Source: Acidobacteriota bacterium
GTDB lineage: Bacteria > Acidobacteriota > UBA6911
Reading direction: 5' to 3'
Assembly (NCBI GenBank): GCA_963664705.1
Contig: OY761556.1
Location: 1,760,001 to 1,824,000 of the forward strand
Length of the DNA: 64,000 bases
Both the position numbers and the translations under genes were made by a program. The notes beneath the pieces were generated by a model that was given only the letters and a program-made list of their open reading frames with translations, was not told the origin of the DNA and did no database searches. Positions within the stretch are counted from its first letter, which is position 1. Each line of letters begins with the position of its first letter. Shown here in pieces: positions 29,808 through 39,054 of this stretch.

Positions 29808-31898
29808 ATGAATCCAATGTACGAAAAAATCCTCGAACCCGGCCGCATCGGGTCCGTAACGACGCGAAATCGAATCGTCAAATCCGGTGCCGGAATGCTC
29901 ATGTGGCATGAAGCGGATGTCCATATGCGTCCCGAAGTTCTGGCCTTCTATGAGGGGATTGCGAGAGGGGGCGTCGGATTATTGATCGTTGAATCGCCTA
30001 CGATCGACTACCCGCGAGGCGTGCGCTGGAAGGAACGGTATCGCATTGACGAGGACAAATATATCCAGGGGCTCAGCGAACTGGTCCAAATCATTCATAA
30101 GCACGGTTGCCCGACGTTTATGCAGATGAACCATGACGGGCCCTGGCAAGTCAAACTTCCTTTTGCCCCCGATCCTATGTATGACGGCCCGCCGATCGGA
30201 GCATCCGCAGTCAGTTTTAAGGCCGAGGCAGACTTCCATGAAGAAGTTCCCCACCCGCTGACGGTAGAGGAAATACAGGAGATCGTCGACAAATTTGCCA
30301 GCGCTGCCCTTAGAGCGCGACAGGCGGGGTTCGATGGCGTGGACATCAATGCTGCCAGCAGCCATCTTCTGCACAATTTCTTCTCGCCGTTCTGGAACAA
30401 ACGCGAAGACGCTTATGGCGGAAGCCCGGAGAATCGTGCCCGCTTTGCCATGGAAGTAATCCAGGCGGTCAAAAAGAAGGCCGGGAGTGATTTCCCTGTA
30501 TCGATCATTCTCAATGGTGTCGAAATCGGCGCGGGGATCGGAGTGCCGAACAGTCAGTGCCTGACACATGCGGATGCGCGCGAAATCGCCAAGTGCCTGC
30601 AGAAGGCGGGAGCCGATGCCATTCAGGTGCGCAGCCATTTCCTGGGCTATCACGTGGGTGCCTATCTGCCGGATGCGCTTTTTTATCCCGATGCGCCGAT
30701 ACCATTGGAGGATTTTCCAAAGGAATACAACACCAGTGATCGTGGCGTCGGATCGAATATCATTGCCGCTGCCGGAATCAAGAGCGTGGTTTCGATACCG
30801 GTTACAGTGGTTGGCAAGCTCGATGCCAATCTGGGAGAACAGCTGATCCGGGAAGGCAAGGTGGACTTCATCGCGATGACCCGCCGGCTGCTTGCTGATC
30901 CGGATTATCCAAAAAAGATCGCCGAAGGACGAGTCGACGACATTCAGCCATGCACTGGATGTGACAACTGCCTTGGGAGCAAGCGCTGCCGCATTAACGG
31001 GCTCTTAGGGACTGCCTACAACACAATCGAGAAATCTCCAAAAAAGAAAAAGGTCCTGGTCATCGGCGGAGGGCCCGGTGGAATGTCCGCAGCCAGAGTA
31101 TCTGCCATGCGTGGGCATGACGTAACATTGTTCGAAAGATCCTCTATGCTGGGGGGACTTCTGCCTCTTGCCGCCATTGTCAAAGGCAACCGACCGGAAG
31201 ATCTCACTTTGATTATCAACTATTTTACGCGGCAGCTTTCAAAGCTTGGCGTGAAGGTGGAACTGGGGAAAGAGGCCGATCTGTCTGTGGTTGACCGGAT
31301 CAAGCCGGACGTCGTTTTCCTGGCAACGGGCGGAACCTCCACCGTGCCGAAGATTCCGGGAATTGATAAGCCGAATGTTGTCAGTGGGGCGGCACTGCAT
31401 AGCCGATTGAAACTCGCGCTGAAGTTTTTTAAACCGGACACGCTGAGGAATCTGACCAAATACTACATGCCTATGGGCAAGCGGGTGATTGTCATCGGCG
31501 GAGCTATCCAGGGTTGCGAGCTTGCCGAGTTTCTGACAAAACGGGGGAGAAAGGTCACCGTTGTGGAAACCGGCAATGCAATTGGCGATGGCATGGTAGA
31601 TGCCTTGCTGGCCAACCTGCTTATCTGGTTCCGCAAAAAAGGTGTCCCTCTGATCAGCGGGGTGAAGGAATATGTCGAAATTACCGAAAAGGGACTGACC
31701 ATTATCACGCAGGACGGTGCTAGGCAAACCATTGAAGCGGACAGCATTGTGACCGCGCTGCCACTGACTCCGAACGACGAGTTGTTGGAGAAACTCAAAA
31801 CGAGGGTTGCTGAAGTCTATGCTATCGGGGATTGCCGGCAGCCGCAGCTCATTGCAGATGCTATCGGAACCGGATTGCGCACCGCCCGGGAGATTTAG
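29808..31898 (+). CDS. Old-yellow-enzyme/FadH-type FMN-[4Fe-4S]-FAD oxidoreductase (enoate/enoyl-CoA reductase-like)
   Basis: RNRIVK, RARGG-like IARGG, AGFDGV, YGGSPENR, CTGCDNC...C cluster, GGGPGG, LATG, AIGD. Start could be 29802. Confidence 0.9.
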   Translation: MNPMYEKILEPGRIGSVTTRNRIVKSGAGMLMWHEADVHMRPEVLAFYEGIARGGVGLLIVESPTIDYPRGVRWKERYRIDEDKYIQGLSELVQIIHKHGCPTFMQMNHDGPWQVKLPFAPDPMYDGPPIGASAVSFKAEADFHEEVPHPLTVEEIQEIVDKFASAALRARQAGFDGVDINAASSHLLHNFFSPFWNKREDAYGGSPENRARFAMEVIQAVKKKAGSDFPVSIILNGVEIGAGIGVPNSQCLTHADAREIAKCLQKAGADAIQVRSHFLGYHVGAYLPDALFYPDAPIPLEDFPKEYNTSDRGVGSNIIAAAGIKSVVSIPVTVVGKLDANLGEQLIREGKVDFIAMTRRLLADPDYPKKIAEGRVDDIQPCTGCDNCLGSKRCRINGLLGTAYNTIEKSPKKKKVLVIGGGPGGMSAARVSAMRGHDVTLFERSSMLGGLLPLAAIVKGNRPEDLTLIINYFTRQLSKLGVKVELGKEADLSVVDRIKPDVVFLATGGTSTVPKIPGIDKPNVVSGAALHSRLKLALKFFKPDTLRNLTKYYMPMGKRVIVIGGAIQGCELAEFLTKRGRKVTVVETGNAIGDGMVDALLANLLIWFRKKGVPLISGVKEYVEITEKGLTIITQDGARQTIEADSIVTALPLTPNDELLEKLKTRVAEVYAIGDCRQPQLIADAIGTGLRTAREI

Positions 31899-31910
31899 GG
31901 ATTGAAGATT

Positions 31911-31941
31911 TCAACTTCCGACACTCAAACTCGGAAGTTGA
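31911..31941 (+). other. Intra-operon hairpin just upstream of the RBS of the next CoA transferase
   Basis: 11-bp stem tcaacttccga/tcggaagttga; aaggag follows at about 31947. Confidence 0.55.
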
Positions 31942-31956
31942 GATTAAAGGAGATCA

Positions 31957-33174
31957 ATGAACAAGGGAGTTTTTGAGGATCTCAAGATCGCCGCGTTCAA
32001 CTGGGCGATGGTGGGTCCGCTGACTTTGAAATTCTTTGCGGACTATGGAGCAACGGTCGTTCGCGTCGAAACGAGCCTTCGTCCCTGCGTCACGCGCACG
32101 TCCGCACCCTTCAAGGATAATGTTTCCGGCATCAACCGGAGTGGCTATTTCAACCACTTCAGTGCCAACATGATGAGCCTGTCTTTGAACATGAACAACC
32201 CCGCCGGTATGGAGGTTGCGAAGGAGCTGATCGGCTGGGCGGATGTTGTCATGGAAAACTTCACTCCCGGGGTTATGGATAAATGGGGACTTGGGTACGA
32301 GGCCCTGACCAGAATCAATCCGAGAATAATTATGGTGCGGCAGAACGGGTTCGGAATCGAAGGACCCTATAAAAATCTGGCGGCATTTGGAATGATCCTC
32401 GCAGCTATTGCGGGAATTCCCCAATACATCGGCTGGCCGGATCGAGGCCCGCTTCCCGTTGGCGTTGGAGCCTATACGGACTGTATCAGCCCCCGTTTCG
32501 CATCTGCCGCATTGATCGCTGCCCTGGATTATCGCGACAGAACGGGCAAAGGGCAATTGATTGATCTGGCTCAATTTGAAACGGCGCTCTATTTTCTCAC
32601 GCCCGGCCTTTTGGACGCGGCCGTAAACAAGCGGGAACCGGCCCGAAACGGCAATGCGGTTGCCGACGCCTCTCCGCATAACGTGTATTCCTGCCAGGGA
32701 AAGGAACGATGGTGCACGATTGCGGTAAGTACCGAGGAGCAGTGGAAAGCTCTATGTCATGTGATGGGTAAGGATGCGCTGGCAACGGATCCACGATTCG
32801 CTACCCTGGCTCAAAGAAAGCAGAATGAGGCTGCCCTGGACCTGCTGCTCGAATCCTGGACATCGGAAAAAACACCCGAAGAAGTGATGACCCTATTGCA
32901 GGTGGCCGGAGTACCCGCGGGGATCGTTGAAAACTCCGCCGACCTGTTTGAAGACCCGCAATTGCGCGCGCGCGGGCTCTTCTGGCCAATGGAACATAGT
33001 GAAATCGGCACCTTTACGCATTTGGGCTCCAGCATGGTCCTATCAAAAACGCCGGCGACCGCTTCGACGGCGAGTCCGTGCATAGGCGAACATAACGAGT
33101 ATGTGCTGACAAAGCTTTTAGGAAAAACGGATGAACAGTTTGTGGAATTGCTTGCCGCAGGCGCACTTGAATAA
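31957..33174 (+). CDS. Family-III CoA transferase, BbsF-like catalytic subunit
   Basis: FNWAMVGP, GATVVRVE, ENFTPGVM, GAYTDCISP (Asp175), TGKGQLID. Confidence 0.9.
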   Translation: MNKGVFEDLKIAAFNWAMVGPLTLKFFADYGATVVRVETSLRPCVTRTSAPFKDNVSGINRSGYFNHFSANMMSLSLNMNNPAGMEVAKELIGWADVVMENFTPGVMDKWGLGYEALTRINPRIIMVRQNGFGIEGPYKNLAAFGMILAAIAGIPQYIGWPDRGPLPVGVGAYTDCISPRFASAALIAALDYRDRTGKGQLIDLAQFETALYFLTPGLLDAAVNKREPARNGNAVADASPHNVYSCQGKERWCTIAVSTEEQWKALCHVMGKDALATDPRFATLAQRKQNEAALDLLLESWTSEKTPEEVMTLLQVAGVPAGIVENSADLFEDPQLRARGLFWPMEHSEIGTFTHLGSSMVLSKTPATASTASPCIGEHNEYVLTKLLGKTDEQFVELLAAGALE

Positions 33175-33192
33175 TAGACAGGAGATTTCGTC

Positions 33193-34071
33193 ATGGAACT
33201 AGAGTTCATAAAGTACGAAAAGGACGGACAGGTTGCGTTCATTACCTTAAACAGACCAGACAGGCTGAATGCCATTGGCCCGGAGATTTATCGTGACTGG
33301 ACGGCAGCCCTGGACGAGGCAGAACAGGACGATGATGTAAAGGTGATTGTTTTCAAAGGCGCCGGACGGGCTTTCAGCGCGGGAGCGGATCTGACGGGTG
33401 TCGGTTTTGTGTATGGGATGAAGGAACCGAAGCCGGGAGAAAAAACCAAACAGCGAATTCCACTGAGAGTCAAATTCGAATTCGACAGAAGAGTATTCCT
33501 GGATTTCCACCGACGGATCCTGTACTGCAAAAAGCTCACAATCGCACAGCTGCATACCTACTGCCTGGGCATTGCCTTTAATATTGTTTCCCATTGCGAC
33601 CTCATCATTGCAAGCGACGACTGCGAGATGGGGCATGTCGAAGAACGCCTGGGACAGGGGGGGATGACCCTTACTCCGATCATGATTCTACGCTGTGGCT
33701 TTACCAGAGCCATGGAGCTTTGCCTGACCGGCCGTCGTTTTAACGGCAAAAAGGCAGCCGAATATCAGTTGATCAATAAATCGGTTCCGGCCGACAAACT
33801 GGACGAAGAAGTGCGCAATCTGGCTTACGGCTTGTGCATGCATCCCAAGGATGGCATTTCTGTGGGCAAGGCTATGCGCGAAATGATCTACACGACCATG
33901 GGGATTGATCGCGGCCTGGTAGACCATTACATCATGCATACCGTTCAGACCAACCGCGTTCTGGATGAAGGCGAAATCAACTTTTTCAAGATGCGCCGCG
34001 ACAAGGGTGTGCGCGAGGCGGCTCACGAAAAGCACGACAAGTTCAAGATACTCGATGAATTCGATAGCTAG
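33193..34071 (+). CDS. Enoyl-CoA hydratase/isomerase (crotonase) family protein
   Basis: ITLNRPDRLNA, GAGRAFSAGADL, CDLIIAS, ELCLTGR. Confidence 0.9.
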   Translation: MELEFIKYEKDGQVAFITLNRPDRLNAIGPEIYRDWTAALDEAEQDDDVKVIVFKGAGRAFSAGADLTGVGFVYGMKEPKPGEKTKQRIPLRVKFEFDRRVFLDFHRRILYCKKLTIAQLHTYCLGIAFNIVSHCDLIIASDDCEMGHVEERLGQGGMTLTPIMILRCGFTRAMELCLTGRRFNGKKAAEYQLINKSVPADKLDEEVRNLAYGLCMHPKDGISVGKAMREMIYTTMGIDRGLVDHYIMHTVQTNRVLDEGEINFFKMRRDKGVREAAHEKHDKFKILDEFDS

Positions 34072-34196
34072 GAAGCAAGCCCGGCGCCTTCATTTATCGA
34101 TCTGTTCCGGGGTTCACATTTCTGATGTTTCGTTGCCTGCCTTGCGAAAGAAGGCAGGCAACGGGACATCGATCAGCCCGTTTCCGGAGTGCATAT

Positions 34197-35567
34197 ATGG
34201 ACGCTTCCGTTTCATTTGCCCAGGTATTCGAAAATACCCAGTACGAGGACCTGCCTTCAGAAGTCGTTGAAGCAACAAAGAAGGAAATCCTCGACCTTCT
34301 TGGAGTGGCTTTCGGAGGGGCAGCCCAGCCTGGTGCCACGCACGTCTGCGCGCTTATGAAGGAGTGGGGCGGCAAGGAGGAGAGCAGCCTTATCGGGAGC
34401 CAGCAGAAGCTGCCGGCACCCAGCGCCGCGCAAGTGAATGCCACAATGGCTCATTCCCTGGACTTTGATGATGTGCACGAGGCGGCCGTGATGCATCCGG
34501 GCATTGCCGCCATTCCGGTTGCTATGGCGGTGGGGGAGGCCCGGGGGAATTTGAGCGGCAGGGACATGATAACTGCTGTAGCGCTTGGCGTTGATATGAT
34601 GTGCCGCCTGGCGCTGGCGACCACTCCCGGAAAAAGCCCGGTGGAGCTGGGATGGCACTTGACCTCCGTGTTTGGTTTTATGGGAGCCGCCGCTACGGCT
34701 GCTCGCATCCTGGGTCTGAACGCAGAAAAAATCGTCGATGCCATCGGAATCGGGTACCACCAGAGCGGCGGGAATGGGCAATGCGTAAAAGATGGTGCCT
34801 TGACCAAGCGGCTTGGCCCCGGATTTGCGGTCAAGGGTGGCATCACCGCCGCGTACCTTGCCAAGGCCGGAGTCACAGGAGCCAGGAATTCGTTGGAAGG
34901 GGAGTGGGGATTTTACCGGCAGTATGCCCACGGAGACTATAGCCGTGAGACACTGGTAACCGATTTGGGAAGGCGATTTGAGGGCGTTAATGTCGCCATC
35001 AAGCCATACCCCTGCTGCCGAGGCGTTCATCCGGCGATTGACGCGGCATTGGCGCTGGTTTCGGAGGCGGGGATTCAGACCAGGGACATAAAGAGCATCG
35101 CTCTTTCCGTTACGGATTCGCATCTGGCGCTTCTTTGCAATCCTTTTGAATCCAAAAAATCCCCCAGAAGTCCGGTTGATGCACAATTCAGTATCCCCTG
35201 GGGCGTCGCAACGGCCTTCGTGAAGGGTAAGGTTGGATTGGACGACTATACCGACAACGCAATCCGAAACAGGGATGTCCTGGATATCACCGCGAAGATG
35301 AGCGTTGATGTGGATAACTCCCTTCACAGGCCCGGCCCTGAACCCACGCGCGTGAAGGTGACGACTACGGACGGGAGCGTACTGGCCAAGGTAGTGGACA
35401 GCCCTCTTGGCAGCCTTGAGCGACCAATGTCTTTCCATGACTGTGCGAACAAATTCCGGGATTGTTCCAAGGGCATGGACCCCGAGAGGATTGAATCCAT
35501 CATCACAAAGGTTGGAGAGCTGGAACAGTTGAGAAACATGCAGGAGCTGATCAGTCTTTTGAAATAA
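34197..35567 (+). CDS. MmgE/PrpD family protein
   Basis: LDFDDVH, HPG, GWHLT, LEGEWGF, KPYPCC, AQFSIP. Confidence 0.92.
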   Translation: MDASVSFAQVFENTQYEDLPSEVVEATKKEILDLLGVAFGGAAQPGATHVCALMKEWGGKEESSLIGSQQKLPAPSAAQVNATMAHSLDFDDVHEAAVMHPGIAAIPVAMAVGEARGNLSGRDMITAVALGVDMMCRLALATTPGKSPVELGWHLTSVFGFMGAAATAARILGLNAEKIVDAIGIGYHQSGGNGQCVKDGALTKRLGPGFAVKGGITAAYLAKAGVTGARNSLEGEWGFYRQYAHGDYSRETLVTDLGRRFEGVNVAIKPYPCCRGVHPAIDAALALVSEAGIQTRDIKSIALSVTDSHLALLCNPFESKKSPRSPVDAQFSIPWGVATAFVKGKVGLDDYTDNAIRNRDVLDITAKMSVDVDNSLHRPGPEPTRVKVTTTDGSVLAKVVDSPLGSLERPMSFHDCANKFRDCSKGMDPERIESIITKVGELEQLRNMQELISLLK

Positions 35568-35626
35568 CGATGCGGGATTGTCGACATAAAATATCCTTTA
35601 TCCATCACAAATAAGGAGGCATTTGT

Positions 35627-36472
35627 ATGAGTAACGCTTTAAGTGGGAAAGTGGCGTTTGTAACGGGTGCTGCAGCAAAGCGCGGTATGGGGCGGGCGGT
35701 TGCGCTGCGATTGGCGAAAGAGGGTGCCGATGTAATGGTGACGGATAAATTTGCCAACCCCAAAAGCGCCTGGGCCGGGGATGAAGATTGGAATGGACTC
35801 CCAGATGTCGTGAAAGAAATTGAAGCATTGGGAAGAAAGGCGGCATACGCCGTAGCGGGAGTGGAGAACGGAAAGGAAGTCGAGGCGGCCGTCAAGGCAA
35901 CGATCGACAAGTTCGGTCAGATCGATATTTTGATTAACTGCGCCGGAACCCGCGGTCCGGTTGGCGTCAATATCGTTGATGGCAAGGAAGAAGATTGGGA
36001 AATGATGTTTGATGTTAACTCCCTGGGCACCATGGTGGTCTCCAAATATGTCGGCAAAGAAATGATCCGCAAAAACCAGGGCGGCAAAATTGTTCACATC
36101 GCTTCTGCGGCTGGTAAGCTCCCTTGTCCGGGAAGCGCGGCCTATGCTGCCTCAAAATGGGCGGTTATTGGAATTACCCAGGCTCTAGCCATAGAACTGG
36201 CGCCCTATAAGATCAACGTTAATGCCATCAATCCGGGCTTTTTCGCTACGAATTTGCGCGATGATGATGCCACGCTGCATAGCAAAGAGAAGGGAATCAG
36301 CATCGAGCAGTTCCGTGCGGATGAATATAAGTTCCTCTCCAATACGGTTCCGCTCAAGAGGATGGGAAAGGTGGAGGAAATTGCCGACCTCTGTTACTTC
36401 CTTGTCAGCGATCAATCGGAATATCTGACCGGTCTGAACATCAACATTACCGGTGGAACACTCATGCACTAG
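35627..36472 (+). CDS. Short-chain dehydrogenase/reductase
   Basis: TGAAAKRGMG, INCAG, YAASK, NPG motifs. Confidence 0.92.
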   Translation: MSNALSGKVAFVTGAAAKRGMGRAVALRLAKEGADVMVTDKFANPKSAWAGDEDWNGLPDVVKEIEALGRKAAYAVAGVENGKEVEAAVKATIDKFGQIDILINCAGTRGPVGVNIVDGKEEDWEMMFDVNSLGTMVVSKYVGKEMIRKNQGGKIVHIASAAGKLPCPGSAAYAASKWAVIGITQALAIELAPYKINVNAINPGFFATNLRDDDATLHSKEKGISIEQFRADEYKFLSNTVPLKRMGKVEEIADLCYFLVSDQSEYLTGLNINITGGTLMH

Positions 36473-36590
36473 ATCCCTTCCATTGACTGCGGAAAGCTGG
36501 AACACGCGACGAATGAAGGATTGTCTGCCGCGTGTTCCGGCAACTGGTCCCGTATCCTGCCAACTTCTTTGCCTGAAATGCTCTCGGGCG

Positions 36591-36619
36591 TTGACGTTGA
36601 TTTGGTCAATCCATACAAT
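36591..36619 (+). promoter_or_regulatory. Sigma70-type promoter for dapL
   Basis: TTGACG (36591-36596), 17-nt spacer, TACAAT (36614-36619), about 50 nt before the start codon. Confidence 0.65.
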
Positions 36620-36667
36620 CAGGAACTGCCCAAACTTATTTTAGGCTGAGAGATTCTCGGAAAGGAC

Positions 36668-37903
36668 ATGATGGCCACAGTAAATGAAAATTTCCTGAAA
36701 TTGCAGGCAGGATATCTATTTCCCGAAATTGGCAAGCGCAGACGTGCCTATCAGCAGGCGCACCCGGAGGCAAAAATCATCAGCATGGGAATCGGCGATG
36801 TTACGCAACCGCTCATCCCGGCCGTGATCAACGCCATGCACCAGGCGGTAGACGAAATGGCCCAGAAGGAAACATTTCGAGGCTACGATGACGGTGGCAT
36901 TGGCTATGATTTTTTGCGCGAAGCAATCCGGGTTAATGACTACCAGTCGCGTGGCGTCGCCATTGATATTGATGAAATCTTTATCAGTGACGGAGCGAAA
37001 TCAGATACCGCCAACAGCCAGGAATTGTTTGGACTCGACAATGTTGTTGCCGTTACAGATCCGGTCTACCCGGTTTACGTGGACAGCAACGTAATGGCCG
37101 GCAGAACAGGTCCCATGGACAGTCAGCGCATGTATCAGAAGATACTTTATATGCCGGCTACCGTGGAAAATGGGTTTGTCCCGGAACCCCCTGCAGCTAA
37201 GGCCGATATTGTCTATTTGTGTTTCCCCAACAATCCGACAGGAGCGGTGGCAACCAAAAAACAGCTCGAAAAATGGGTGGAGTACGCGCGAAGAAACGGA
37301 TCGGTGCTCCTTTTCGATGCGGCGTATGAAGCATATATCAGTGATCCGGATGTGCCGCATTCCATCTATGAAATCCCGGGCGCCAAGGAGGTGGCGATCG
37401 AATTTCGCAGCTTCTCCAAGACGGCAGGTTTCACCGGGGTCCGATGTGCCTTTTCGGTTGTTCCCAGAGAAGTGCGCGCGAATTCGGCCAAGGGAGAGAG
37501 TGTAGCGCTGAACCCGCTGTGGAGCCGCAGACTGTGCACCAAGTTCAATGGAGTATCCTACGTTACACAGTCAGGAGCGGCCGCCATTTACACTGCAGAG
37601 GGCAGGACGCAGATTCGGTCGATGATCGAGCTTTATATGAACAATGCCAGGATGATCAGGGAGGGACTTGCGGGCATGGGTTATCAGACCTATGGCGGCG
37701 TCAATGCGCCCTATATCTGGCTTAAAACTCCGAAGGGATTCGATTCCTGGGGATTCTTTGATCGTCTGCTGGCTGAGGCAAACCTGATTACAACGCCGGG
37801 AGTTGGATTTGGGCCTTCCGGTGAAGGTTATGTGAGGCTGACGGCGTTTGGCGATCCTGCGAACGTGAAAGAAGCGCTGGCGCGAATATCCCGTCTTTCC
37901 TGA
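36668..37903 (+). CDS. dapL: LL-diaminopimelate aminotransferase
   Basis: GYLFPEI, GIGDVTQP, ISDGAK, DPVYPVY, PNNPTG, SFSKTAGFTGVR, PGVGFGPSGEGY. Confidence 0.96.
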   Translation: MMATVNENFLKLQAGYLFPEIGKRRRAYQQAHPEAKIISMGIGDVTQPLIPAVINAMHQAVDEMAQKETFRGYDDGGIGYDFLREAIRVNDYQSRGVAIDIDEIFISDGAKSDTANSQELFGLDNVVAVTDPVYPVYVDSNVMAGRTGPMDSQRMYQKILYMPATVENGFVPEPPAAKADIVYLCFPNNPTGAVATKKQLEKWVEYARRNGSVLLFDAAYEAYISDPDVPHSIYEIPGAKEVAIEFRSFSKTAGFTGVRCAFSVVPREVRANSAKGESVALNPLWSRRLCTKFNGVSYVTQSGAAAIYTAEGRTQIRSMIELYMNNARMIREGLAGMGYQTYGGVNAPYIWLKTPKGFDSWGFFDRLLAEANLITTPGVGFGPSGEGYVRLTAFGDPANVKEALARISRLS

Positions 37904-37916
37904 AATAATCGATGAT

Positions 37917-37972
37917 AAAAATCGTGGGATTTGTGTTCTGACCTGAGTTCCATCACAAATCCCACGATTTTT
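37917..37972. terminator. Bidirectional terminator-like hairpin between convergent genes
   Basis: 19-bp stem aaaaatcgtgggatttgtg/cacaaatcccacgattttt. Confidence 0.8.
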
Positions 37973-37982
37973 CATTCAATAC

Positions 37983-38876
37983 TTAGTAGTCGGATCCGTT
38001 GCTCCATCCCGAATTAGTACTCGGCGGTACAATCTCGCAATAGGCTTCGGCTGCATGGATCTGGCCTCCATAAATTTTGAAGGAGTGCCAGACATCCAGT
38101 TCCCCATTGCCTTGGAAGAGAGAGCCCGGGCCAAAGTTCATACGAACCGCAACAACTCCAAGATCCTCATCCACAGCAAGCACGCGATGTCTGATTTTCG
38201 ATAAAGTAGGAATGGTCTGAGTCTTCATGACGTCGCAGCCCTTGAAAAACGTGCATCCGGGACCGGCCATAAGGTTTCCATTTTCATAGCGGTAGGCATC
38301 CACGGCCATAGGGGACTCTGCCTTTACGAAGCTGCCGACCTTCAGTCCGGCGGGATAAGTGACAGCGATCTTGACCATGTCGTCCCGAGTGTTCGCCTGG
38401 TCTTTTTCAACCCTGGAGGCCATTTCCTTTCTGACGGTTTTGAGGTTGGCCGGGGTGAACAACATACCTTCTTCCTTGTTCATGACCGCCGTGGTCTCGA
38501 TCTCGGATATTTTGTTGCCGGCTATTTTTAATCTGATCACATAGAGGATGGGAGCGCCGTTCTCCTCCACGACGAGAAAGGAAACTGCCACTCCCTGGCG
38601 TACATCCAGAATATCCCTGCGATAATCCGTAAGGCGAAGGGATTTCTTCCAAATGCCATCTCCCAGCTTCAGTTCTTTGGTATCCTCGGTAAAGCGTGTG
38701 TTGGCTGCAACCGGCAAACTCCCCGGGTTATGGGCTATCAGGGCATCGGTGTATTTGGTAACAAATCCTGCCAGGCAGGCACGATCGCAGTTATCTGCGG
38801 ACATGGCAGCCGGCACTCCAATGGATGCCACAAAAACCAGCAATGTAAAGAGAGCAAAAATATACCTCTTGGTCAT
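37983..38876 (-). CDS. Secreted protein of unknown function (distant paralog of 10744-11571)
   Basis: Signal peptide, CDRAC, RYENG, AVDEDLG, HSFKIYGGQI; RBS ggagg. Confidence 0.8.
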   Translation of the reverse strand: MTKRYIFALFTLLVFVASIGVPAAMSADNCDRACLAGFVTKYTDALIAHNPGSLPVAANTRFTEDTKELKLGDGIWKKSLRLTDYRRDILDVRQGVAVSFLVVEENGAPILYVIRLKIAGNKISEIETTAVMNKEEGMLFTPANLKTVRKEMASRVEKDQANTRDDMVKIAVTYPAGLKVGSFVKAESPMAVDAYRYENGNLMAGPGCTFFKGCDVMKTQTIPTLSKIRHRVLAVDEDLGVVAVRMNFGPGSLFQGNGELDVWHSFKIYGGQIHAAEAYCEIVPPSTNSGWSNGSDY

Positions 38877-39054
38877 TCAATCCTCCTGGAAGAGCGTTTT
38901 TCGGCAAAACTGCCACAGCATAACCCAAGTGGGTGGAGAAGCAATGCAGTTGTTTCGAAACGCCTGGAAAATCACGAAGCCTCCCGTAAGATATTGACGA
39001 AAAGTCATGATGAAAGGCTTTCAATTTTAAGAGAATAGGCGAAAGGCTGACGCT

